A program made the translations under genes and the position numbers. A stretch of 64,000 nucleotides of DNA, from assembly GCA_937958625.1 (NCBI GenBank), contig CALGNO010000119.1:3223-67222 (forward strand), in the 5' to 3' direction. Source of the stretch: an uncultured Neomegalonema sp. Its GTDB lineage: Bacteria > Pseudomonadota > Alphaproteobacteria > Rhodobacterales > Rhodobacteraceae. The notes under the pieces are model-generated. The model was given only the letters and a program-made list of their open reading frames with translations. It did not search any database and had not been told where the DNA came from. Below are positions 38,534-46,223 of the stretch, piece after piece. Each line of letters begins with the position of its first letter. Positions within the stretch are counted from its first letter, which is position 1.

Positions 38534-40216
38534 TTACAAATTCAGCTTCGCGCGCGAGCGCGTCGCCTCATCGGCATACAGTTGCTCCAGTTGCTTGCCT
38601 ATGACGCGGCGCACATCTTCGTCGGCTTCGGCGGCAAATTCCTTGTAGTTTTCGACGAACTGTTCCCAGAGCTCCGCCTTGCGCTTCATGGGAATGATCT
38701 GGCTGATGCCCTTTTTGGTCAGCTTTTTCTCGACCTGATCGGGATCGAAGGCGGCGAGGGCCGTCTTCATGGATGCCTTGACGCCGCCGACCAGGGCGAC
38801 CTGATGCTGTTGCAGGGCTTGGGTCGCGTCCTCCACTGCCGTCGATCCGGTCAGAAAACCGCTGGCGGTGGGCTTGAGCAGGGCATTGACCGCATCATTG
38901 GCATCCCGCGCGAATTTCAGCGGGTTCGAGCCGGTCTCGATCTGGGTCGCGCCTAGACCGAGGGCGATCTTCACATCCCGGCGTGAGGCCAGCAACTCGC
39001 GCATCCCGTCGGCGAGGGTCCGAAAACAGCGCCCGATTTCGCCCGCCAGTTCCTGTCGCTGGTCCGCCGGAATGTCTTCAAGGCGCAGGCCAAGGCTGGC
39101 AAAGAGCGCGGCCATCATCCGGTCCGCCTCGCCGTTTCCGGCGGCAGAGGAGGCCGCGCCGGATGCCGGGCGCGGCGCGGGCTGGGCCGGGGCTTGCTGA
39201 ACAGCGGCTTGCTGAACAGGGGCGGGGGCCACCGGTGCCCGCGGCGGCATAACGGTCGTCGGATGCTCGCCGGTCTCGCGGCGCGGCATGGCATCGAAGG
39301 TCGTGCGCGGCTGCGCCGGAGCAGGCCGGGTCGCGGTCTCGGCATCGTTGAGGGACAGCGGATCGGACTGGCGCGGCGGCAGATCATCATCGAGGGATAG
39401 CGGGTCCGGGGCCGCCGGTCGGGGCGCTGGCGTGTCATCCAGCGACAGCGGGTCTGGCGCGGCGGGCCTCGGTGCCGGTGCATCATCCAGCGACAGCGGA
39501 TCACCGCCGCCGCTTGCGCCGGAGCGTGGAGACATATCGCCAAACGGATCGTCACTGTCGCCGCCGCCGTCATCGAGGGCGAACAGGTCTTCTGGCCCCG
39601 ATGAGGCCGGGGTTGCGAAAGTCATCGTGTCCGGTGCCGGACGCGGCGGCTCGGGCCTTTCCCGTGCCGGTGCGGGGTCGTCATCGAGACTGAGCAGATC
39701 ATCGATCGGCCTGCGATCCGGCGTCGCGTCGAGCGCCAGCGACAGCGGATTGTCGCGATCCGGGTCGTCATCCGCGAACAGATTGAGGTCGTCATCGGCG
39801 GGCAGCTTGCGATTTTCAGGCTGGCTGCGGGATCGTTTGATCTCCTTGACGCCCCAAAAATCATCGTCGGTATCCACGGGCGCTTCGGAGAGCTGACATT
39901 CATAGTCGATGCGCACATGCTCGCCGCCCAGAAAGATAACGGCGGTGTCCGGCAGGGGCGTGGGCTGGCCCTGCACGAGTCTGTTCGCGGCGCTGCCCAG
40001 TGAGGTGCCATTGCTGCTGAGATCGGTCAACAAGACCGCATCGCCTTGTTTTTTTAGCGAACAATGCCGCCGCGACATCATCTGCAAGCGGTCGGAAACC
40101 GGCCAGTCACAACTCGGGTCACGACCGATGAAGAAGTCGCGGTCAGTCAGGGTCACGGTCTTGAGCGACCCCCCCTCGACATCCGCCTCTCCGGACAACC
40201 GCAACACAACCCGCAC
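38534..40216 (-). CDS. tagH: T6SS FHA-domain protein TagH (Fha)
   Basis: FHA core FFIGRDPSCDWPV...SRRHCSL...LTDLSSNGTSL. The TagH C-terminal region is conserved. Start moved to GTG 40216 (GGAGG 5 nt upstream). The track ATG at 40411 would overlap ppkA by 128 nt. The start remains uncertain; TTG 40246 is an alternative. Confidence 0.8.
   Translation of the reverse strand: MRVVLRLSGEADVEGGSLKTVTLTDRDFFIGRDPSCDWPVSDRLQMMSRRHCSLKKQGDAVLLTDLSSNGTSLGSAANRLVQGQPTPLPDTAVIFLGGEHVRIDYECQLSEAPVDTDDDFWGVKEIKRSRSQPENRKLPADDDLNLFADDDPDRDNPLSLALDATPDRRPIDDLLSLDDDPAPARERPEPPRPAPDTMTFATPASSGPEDLFALDDGGGDSDDPFGDMSPRSGASGGGDPLSLDDAPAPRPAAPDPLSLDDTPAPRPAAPDPLSLDDDLPPRQSDPLSLNDAETATRPAPAQPRTTFDAMPRRETGEHPTTVMPPRAPVAPAPVQQAAVQQAPAQPAPRPASGAASSAAGNGEADRMMAALFASLGLRLEDIPADQRQELAGEIGRCFRTLADGMRELLASRRDVKIALGLGATQIETGSNPLKFARDANDAVNALLKPTASGFLTGSTAVEDATQALQQHQVALVGGVKASMKTALAAFDPDQVEKKLTKKGISQIIPMKRKAELWEQFVENYKEFAAEADEDVRRVIGKQLEQLYADEATRSRAKLNL
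39340..39510 (-). repeat. In-frame tandem repeats inside tagH encoding DPLSLDD(A/T)PAPRPAAP units
   Basis: Protein reads ...DPLSLDDAPAPRPAAPDPLSLDDTPAPRPAAPDPLSLDDDLPPRQSDPLSLNDAE... Further degenerate copies (NPLSLALD, DLLSLDDD) lie N-terminal to these in the protein, at nt about 39690-39760. Confidence 0.85.
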
Positions 40217-40283
40217 TGAACCCTCCGCAACCCTTGAATGGGTCAATCTTACCTTTTCGACGTCGGTGACGCCAGCGCCGCCG

Positions 40284-42947
40284 TCAATCCTCGTCCACCA
40301 GGATAAACCGCTGGATGTGCGCGACGATGCCCCCTTGCTCTTGAAGTGCCTTGATGGACGGTTCCAGCACCGCCACGAGGTCGCGTACGTTTTCCCCTCC
40401 CGCGCGAACATGGGGAAACAGGGTGCTGTCCTTATCGGTCACTACCATGAATATCATCGCGATTCCGTAAGGTTCGGTGAAGGCGAGTACCGGTTGGGAC
40501 CGCGAACCTTCCTGGGGCGGCCAGCTGAGCTGTAACCGGCGTTTGCCGTCCTCGACGGCACCGATCTCGGATACCAGCGTGTTGAGCCGCGTCGGCATCG
40601 GATAGATGTGAAAGGCGTTGAACTCGTTATCGACGATGAAGACGTAGAGGTTCCCGTCCAGATTTTCGGGCGCAACAAAGCTCACCACGGCCTGATCGTC
40701 GGGCTTCAGGGCATCGCCCTGCACCAGCGCGCCGGTCTTGGCCGAGTTGTAGAGAAGGCTCGCCGGTCCCGAATTGCGCGAAGGCATCACGGCCTTGACC
40801 ATGCAGACCGACGGATTCAGTATCGAAATACCGCTGGTGTCGATGCGGCGACCGTCGGCGATTTCAGCCAGGGCGCGGCGTAACCGGCTCTCGTCTTCCA
40901 CCGTCGCCAGATCGCCGCGCACGCGAATGCTTTCGGTCTTGCCGAAGCCGCGGCTGCTGGAGAAGCGCACGGTCAGCGGGCCGCAATTCTGAATCGGGTC
41001 CAGCACCGCCTCGACCTTCTCGCGGCGCAAGCGTTCGTCGACCGGCGGTGACGGGCGCGGGTCGGTGGCAAGGGCAGCGACACGGGCGGCCTCGCGTTCT
41101 GCTTCGGCTTGTCGCTCGGCCTCCGCCAGACGTTCCGCCTCCGCCAAACGTTCTGCTTCCGCCTGCCGCTCGGCCTCGGCGCGCTGCTCGGCAGCCTCCG
41201 CTTCTCGCTGCGCCCGTTCTGCCTCGGCAAGGCGTTCCGCCTCTTGCGCCTCGCGCTGTCGGCGTTCGGCTTGGGCGCGTTCTTCGGCTTCTTGGGCGCG
41301 TTCCGCTTCAGCAAGACGATTAGCCTCTTCCTCCTGCGCCTGACGTTCGCTCTCCGCCCGTTCATCCGCCTCGCGTTGCAGGCGTTCTTCCTCGGCAAGG
41401 CGAGCGGCCTCGCGCTCTGCATTTCGAAGGCGCTCTTGCTCGGCCAGCCGCTCGGCTTCGGCCTCTTCGCGTTGTCGCTCCTGCGCTGCCGCCTCGCGTG
41501 CCGCGCGCTCTGCCGCTGCGGTATCGGGGGGCGGTGCCACGACCGGAGCCGGTGCCTTCAGCACCAGCGCAATGCGATAGTCACCGTTGCTGGCGATGGT
41601 CCGTGCGGTGCGCTCGACCTGGGACTTGATCGACTCCGAAGACGCATCGCCCTCGAAGGTAATCTGATCATCGCGAAATTTCAGTTCGCCGCTTTCCAGC
41701 TTCGACAGCTCGCCGGCCAGCGCCGTGATCGTCGCCTGCCATGCTTCGTTGGGCGCGCCGCTCGCGGCGGTCAGGGTACTGCCGTCAACCTCGTCGGACA
41801 GGCGGTCTGAAAGCGCCGAGGCCAGTTTCTGCACCGCATCGGCGCTGGGCACATTGCCGGAAACGGTTGCGTCGTCGCCGTCATATCCGATGGTCATCAG
41901 ATAGGGGCTGGCCTCCTCCAACCCGCCGCCCGAGAGCATGTCGGCCCCCGGACCCACGGTGAAGAATGCACCGGCACCGCCGACGACGACCAGCGCCACC
42001 AACGCCCCGACGAGCCCGCCCTTGCCCTTTTTCTCGGTGCCCGGAACCACCGTGACCGGATTTTGACGCGTCCCGGTCTCGGGCGATTCCGCCTCCTCGG
42101 CCAGCAGGCTTTCGATCCCCGGTTCCGCTGGACCACCGCCCATCAAGCGCAGCAGTTCTACTGCCGTCTGAGGCCGGTCTTCCGGCGCGGGGCGCACCAT
42201 GGCATCAATGATCCCGCGCAAGGGCTCGCCGACGCCGGACGTGTCCACTTCGGTGTGCTTCGCCTTGACGATTTCGAGGAAGCTGGTGCCAAGCTTTGGC
42301 GATTCGCCCCGCGCGGCGGCCAGCAGGGTCATGCCGAAGCTATAGATGTCGCTGCGGCTGTCGGCGATGCCGTCCAGTTGTTCCGGCGCGGCGTATTCGT
42401 ACTTGCCCGCAAAGCCGCCGCCCACGACGGTTTTGGCATCGGGGTTGACGTCCTTGGCGATGCCGAAATCGATCAGCACTGACTGGGTCGGATCACCATC
42501 ACGCAGGATGATGTTATCGGGCGAGATGTCCCGGTGAAAGATGCTGGCCCGGTGACAGGCGGCAAGGCCCTGGGTCACATGCTTGGCCATGACCATCAGG
42601 GTATCGACGTCCACCGGCCCCTTTCGCATGAGGTCCGACAAGGGCGGACCGGCGATATAGTCCATGACCAGAAAATAGAGGCCGCCCTGATCTTCCGCAG
42701 TCCGGAGCAAGTCGTAATAGCGCACGACCGCATCGTCGGACACGTTATGCAACAATTCCCGCCGCATCAGGTCGATGAACTTCGGATCTTGGGAAAACTG
42801 TTCCTTGAGAATCTTGATCGCAACGGTCCGCTGGGATGCGGTGTTGATCGCGCGATAGACCTCGCCGGTGCCGCCCTCGCCGACCAGTTCTTCGATCTGA
42901 TACGTACTGTTAAGAACGGCGCCCGGTTTGAGCAGGCCTGCATCCAT
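40284..42947 (-). CDS. ppkA: T6SS-associated Hanks-type Ser/Thr kinase PpkA with coiled-coil and C-terminal sensor-like domain
   Basis: Kinase motifs GEGGTGEVY, HRDISPDNIIL, DFGIAK and APE. A TM segment (LVGALVALVVVGGAGAFF) is followed by an E/A/R-rich coiled coil. The C-terminal region with NLYVFIVDNEFNAFHIYP resembles DUF4384. Confidence 0.87.
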   Translation of the reverse strand: MDAGLLKPGAVLNSTYQIEELVGEGGTGEVYRAINTASQRTVAIKILKEQFSQDPKFIDLMRRELLHNVSDDAVVRYYDLLRTAEDQGGLYFLVMDYIAGPPLSDLMRKGPVDVDTLMVMAKHVTQGLAACHRASIFHRDISPDNIILRDGDPTQSVLIDFGIAKDVNPDAKTVVGGGFAGKYEYAAPEQLDGIADSRSDIYSFGMTLLAAARGESPKLGTSFLEIVKAKHTEVDTSGVGEPLRGIIDAMVRPAPEDRPQTAVELLRLMGGGPAEPGIESLLAEEAESPETGTRQNPVTVVPGTEKKGKGGLVGALVALVVVGGAGAFFTVGPGADMLSGGGLEEASPYLMTIGYDGDDATVSGNVPSADAVQKLASALSDRLSDEVDGSTLTAASGAPNEAWQATITALAGELSKLESGELKFRDDQITFEGDASSESIKSQVERTARTIASNGDYRIALVLKAPAPVVAPPPDTAAAERAAREAAAQERQREEAEAERLAEQERLRNAEREAARLAEEERLQREADERAESERQAQEEEANRLAEAERAQEAEERAQAERRQREAQEAERLAEAERAQREAEAAEQRAEAERQAEAERLAEAERLAEAERQAEAEREAARVAALATDPRPSPPVDERLRREKVEAVLDPIQNCGPLTVRFSSSRGFGKTESIRVRGDLATVEDESRLRRALAEIADGRRIDTSGISILNPSVCMVKAVMPSRNSGPASLLYNSAKTGALVQGDALKPDDQAVVSFVAPENLDGNLYVFIVDNEFNAFHIYPMPTRLNTLVSEIGAVEDGKRRLQLSWPPQEGSRSQPVLAFTEPYGIAMIFMVVTDKDSTLFPHVRAGGENVRDLVAVLEPSIKALQEQGGIVAHIQRFILVDED
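41075..41525 (-). repeat. Low-complexity Glu/Ala/Arg-rich (AERLAEAERQAEAE-type) coding repeat inside ppkA
   Basis: About 150 aa of reiterated (A/Q)E(A/R)ERLAEAER units. On the plus strand this appears as reiterated cgctcggcctc/gccgcctc strings. Confidence 0.85.
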
Positions 42948-43286
42948 CGTCGATCACCTCTGCCGGCGTTGCCCTGAAACTTTGCCCATGCGGGCGTCTT
43001 GGCGGCGACTGTTCCCCAAGCCGCACCCTGCAAGCAACGGTAAATTTATCCCAAGGGCACCATATACCACGACTAGGATAATGCGTGCGGGCCATTGCGG
43101 AAAGGGCTAAGATTCCCGTATTGGCTGAACGGTTACGGGTGTGCCGACTGTCACAGTCGATACCATGATGCGCTTGTAAGCTAGGGTATGCGGTTCGGTG
43201 CGCGCATGTCTCGCCAAGTGAGGCGGGGTCTGTTACGATCTTTTGAGTTGTGTGTATGTTTGCGTTGTTAGTGAGAGGGTTCTCTG

Positions 43287-45422
43287 GTGGCTATCTCAGA
43301 ATCGGCTAAAGAATTGAAGCGGGCGATCCTTCCGGGCGTCACGCAGATCAACCGCCCGTATCGTGTCAAGACGTCCCTTGCCGAAGACCACCTTGTTTTC
43401 CGGTCGATGCGGATCACCGAAACCCTCAGTATGCCGTTCGAGATGGACGTCGAGATGCTGTCCAGCGATCCGGCGATCAACTTCGATGATGTGCTCGGCC
43501 ACAATATTACCGTGGGCGCGAATCGCCCGCGCGGCGGCGAGCGGTACTTCAACGGATACGTCACCGGTTTCGGCCTGTCCGGCGTTCGTGGACGCATGTT
43601 TCTCTATCGCGCCACGGTCTCGCCGTGGCTGTGGCTGTTGCAGCAGACCGAAAACTGCATGATCTTTCACGAAATGTCGGCGATCGACATTGCCGAGGCG
43701 ATTTTCGGAGCTCACGGCTTTGCGGACTATCGCGTCGAGGGCGGTGTCAGCCCGCCGACCTATGAATATTGCGTCCAGTATCGCGAGAGTGATTTCAACC
43801 TGATTTCACGCCTCTTCGAGAAAGAGGGCATCTACTATTATTTCGAGCATGAAAACGGCAAGCACACGATGGTGATTGTCAACAGCATGGATGCTCACAA
43901 GACCGATTCGGGCTATGAAAAGCTGCCGATGGTGATCGACGACGGCACCATGCGCCGCCAGCGCGAGGGCATTTTCAGTTGGCGCAATCGCCAGCAGATC
44001 CGCGCCACGCAAGTCACGATGCAGGACTACAACTTCGTGTCGCCCCGGGCCGAGATGCTGGTGAGCGATACGATCCCTCGCAATCATGCGGCCTCGGGCC
44101 TCGAACTCTACCAGTATCCCGGCGAATACAAGGATACCGGCGCGGGCGCGGCCTATGCCAAGCTGCGGATCGAAGAACAGCAATCCGGGTTCGAGGTTGC
44201 CCAGGCCGAGACCAACGCCCACGGCATCCGCACCGGCTATCGCTTCGAACTCGAGCGCCATCCGGTCGAGAAGATGAACGACGATTACCTCGTCACCTCG
44301 TCCCATATCGAATGTTATGCGGGCAGCTATACTTCGGGGTCGAGCGACAGCGAGGCGGAGTATTCCTGTACCTTCACCGCCATGCCCATGAGCGGCACGT
44401 TCCGCCCGCCGCGACTTGCCGTCAAACCCCGCGTTCACGGCCCGCAGACCGCGGTCGTCAGCAACCGCACTCAGGGCGAAGAGATCGAGCCGGTCGACAA
44501 GCATGGCCGCGTCACGGTGCAGTTCGAATGGGAGCGCGAGGGCAAGCTGTCCTGCCCCGTGCGCGTCTCGCAGACCTGGGCCGGGGCGGGCTGGGGCGCG
44601 ATGATGATCCCGCGCCACGGGCAGGAGGTCATCGTCGAGTTCGAGGAGGGCAATCCCGACCGTCCCCTCATCACGGGCCGGGTCTATAACGGCAAGTCCG
44701 AGCCGCCCTACGATCCGATGAGCAAGCCGACCATCACGACCTTCAAGACCAACAGTTCCAAGGGCGGCGGCGGTTTCAACGAATTGCGCTTCGACGACAA
44801 GAAGGGCGATGAGAACGTCTTCATCCATGCCGAAAAGACCATGGATACGAGGGTTAAAAGCACCCGTCGGACCTATATCGGTTATGACGACCACCTGATC
44901 GTCGAGAATGACCAGTTCCTCCAGATCAAGCAAAACAAACACGAACGGATCGAGGCCGAATCGCGCCTCGAAGTGGCCGATGATTTCTCGACCAGCATTG
45001 GCGGCAGCGAACACCATGCCGTGGGCGGTGACATCGCTGCCGAAGCGGGCGGCCACGTCCACTACAAGGCCGGGCGCAAAGCCGTGATCGAGGCGGGTCA
45101 GGGCCTTACGATCAAATGCGGTGGCAACTTCATCACCCTCGACCCCTCGGGCGTTTCCATCAAGGGGACGATGGTCAAGATCAACTCCGGCGGTTCGGCG
45201 CTTTCCGGTCCCGGCGAGGCGGCCCAGCCCCCCGACGAACCCGCCATCGCCAAGAATGATCAGGCGGGCGAGATCAGTCCGGCTCCAAGGGGCCGCGACT
45301 ATAACCCCACCCAGACCGATCTGGATTCGCATCCGGTCGCCGTCGCACTGATCAATGCGGCGAAAAGCGGCAAGGTCGTCTGCAAGGTTTGTGACCAAAT
45401 GGCCAAGAGCGGATCGAAATGA
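43287..45422 (+). CDS. vgrG: T6SS spike protein VgrG (TssI)
   Basis: 711 aa with a gp27/gp5-like core (RPYRVKTSL...LVFRSMRITETLSMPFEMDVEMLS...; VRVSQTWAGAGWGAMMIPRHGQEV.VEFEEGNPDRPLITGRVYNG). GTG start with GAGAGGG upstream. Has a C-terminal tail with CKVC. Confidence 0.92.
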   Translation: MAISESAKELKRAILPGVTQINRPYRVKTSLAEDHLVFRSMRITETLSMPFEMDVEMLSSDPAINFDDVLGHNITVGANRPRGGERYFNGYVTGFGLSGVRGRMFLYRATVSPWLWLLQQTENCMIFHEMSAIDIAEAIFGAHGFADYRVEGGVSPPTYEYCVQYRESDFNLISRLFEKEGIYYYFEHENGKHTMVIVNSMDAHKTDSGYEKLPMVIDDGTMRRQREGIFSWRNRQQIRATQVTMQDYNFVSPRAEMLVSDTIPRNHAASGLELYQYPGEYKDTGAGAAYAKLRIEEQQSGFEVAQAETNAHGIRTGYRFELERHPVEKMNDDYLVTSSHIECYAGSYTSGSSDSEAEYSCTFTAMPMSGTFRPPRLAVKPRVHGPQTAVVSNRTQGEEIEPVDKHGRVTVQFEWEREGKLSCPVRVSQTWAGAGWGAMMIPRHGQEVIVEFEEGNPDRPLITGRVYNGKSEPPYDPMSKPTITTFKTNSSKGGGGFNELRFDDKKGDENVFIHAEKTMDTRVKSTRRTYIGYDDHLIVENDQFLQIKQNKHERIEAESRLEVADDFSTSIGGSEHHAVGGDIAAEAGGHVHYKAGRKAVIEAGQGLTIKCGGNFITLDPSGVSIKGTMVKINSGGSALSGPGEAAQPPDEPAIAKNDQAGEISPAPRGRDYNPTQTDLDSHPVAVALINAAKSGKVVCKVCDQMAKSGSK

Positions 45423-45946
45423 GCGCAGTGGACAAGTCTGAGATAAAGCGCGCGCTGGAGGACAGGCTGTTCGATGGCACGGGCCGGTTCGTCTATGCCG
45501 TGCTGGATGGCGCACGGAATCTCGACACGCTCTATATGCTGGAGGATTCCGACGCGCCGTTTCTTTGTGTCTATACCGGACGGCTCGACCCGGAGGTGGC
45601 GGTGACGGCCCCGTACCTCGTGGAACTGCGCGAGGAAGACGGCCTGTTCGATACCCTGTTCGACGAGGGCTGGGGCGATTCGCGGGGGATATTCCTGACC
45701 TCGGATCAGCGATTGCGCAGCGTAAGGCGGCATTTGCGCTCGCTGACCTATGCCGAGATGCCCGATGGCGAGATGGTCCTGTTCCGCTTCTATGACCCCC
45801 GCGCCCTGCGCACCTTCATGCCCGTGGCCACCGAAGAACAGCGTGCGGGCATGTTCGATACCGTGATCGACAGTTTCGTGCTGGAGAACGAGGCCGCCGA
45901 CGGGCTGGTGATCTATGAACCCGTTGCCGCCGTCGAGACGGCCTGA
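45419..45946 (+). CDS. DUF4123 domain protein (T6SS effector adaptor/chaperone family, short form)
   Basis: ATGA overlap with the vgrG stop. Motifs YAVLDGARN...APYLVEL...RHLRSL...MPDGEMVLFRFYDPRALR in DUF4123 order. Confidence 0.7.
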   Translation: MSAVDKSEIKRALEDRLFDGTGRFVYAVLDGARNLDTLYMLEDSDAPFLCVYTGRLDPEVAVTAPYLVELREEDGLFDTLFDEGWGDSRGIFLTSDQRLRSVRRHLRSLTYAEMPDGEMVLFRFYDPRALRTFMPVATEEQRAGMFDTVIDSFVLENEAADGLVIYEPVAAVETA

Positions 45947-46223
45947 CGATGCCGATTGTCCCGTTTCCCGCGACCCATGCGCATAACGGACAGAGCAGGG
46001 CGGTTGCCGCTGCGCCCGCATTTCACGCTATGGCGTCTTCAGGAGTGCGCGACACGGAGACCGGCTTTTCGTCCGAAAACGTGACAAAACAACAAGCTAG
46101 AGATCTTCAACCGATCATAGACCGTGGACAAAACGCGAGAGTGCTTTCACGGTGAGGGAATACTGGTTGTTCGCGCAAGGGCGCGTGATCACGAAAAATA
46201 CCCCAGTCCAGTCGAGGTGAGCT

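Noticed and set aside
40217-40411. ATG 40411 as the tagH start (track ORF 38534-40411)
   Set aside because: It would overlap the 3' end of ppkA by 128 nt and add a Trp/Arg/Ser-rich leader. GTG 40216 has a GGAGG Shine-Dalgarno and starts just before the FHA domain.
43122-43136. TGGCTGAACGGTTAC in the divergent T6SS promoter region, resembling a sigma-54 -24/-12 element
   Set aside because: The -12 element is TTAC rather than TTGC, and the spacing is only approximate. That is too weak to call without a TSS.
43806-45515. 569-aa minus-strand ORF
   Set aside because: It is antisense to vgrG and the DUF4123 gene and has no recognisable motifs. It is a typical shadow ORF of a high-GC gene.
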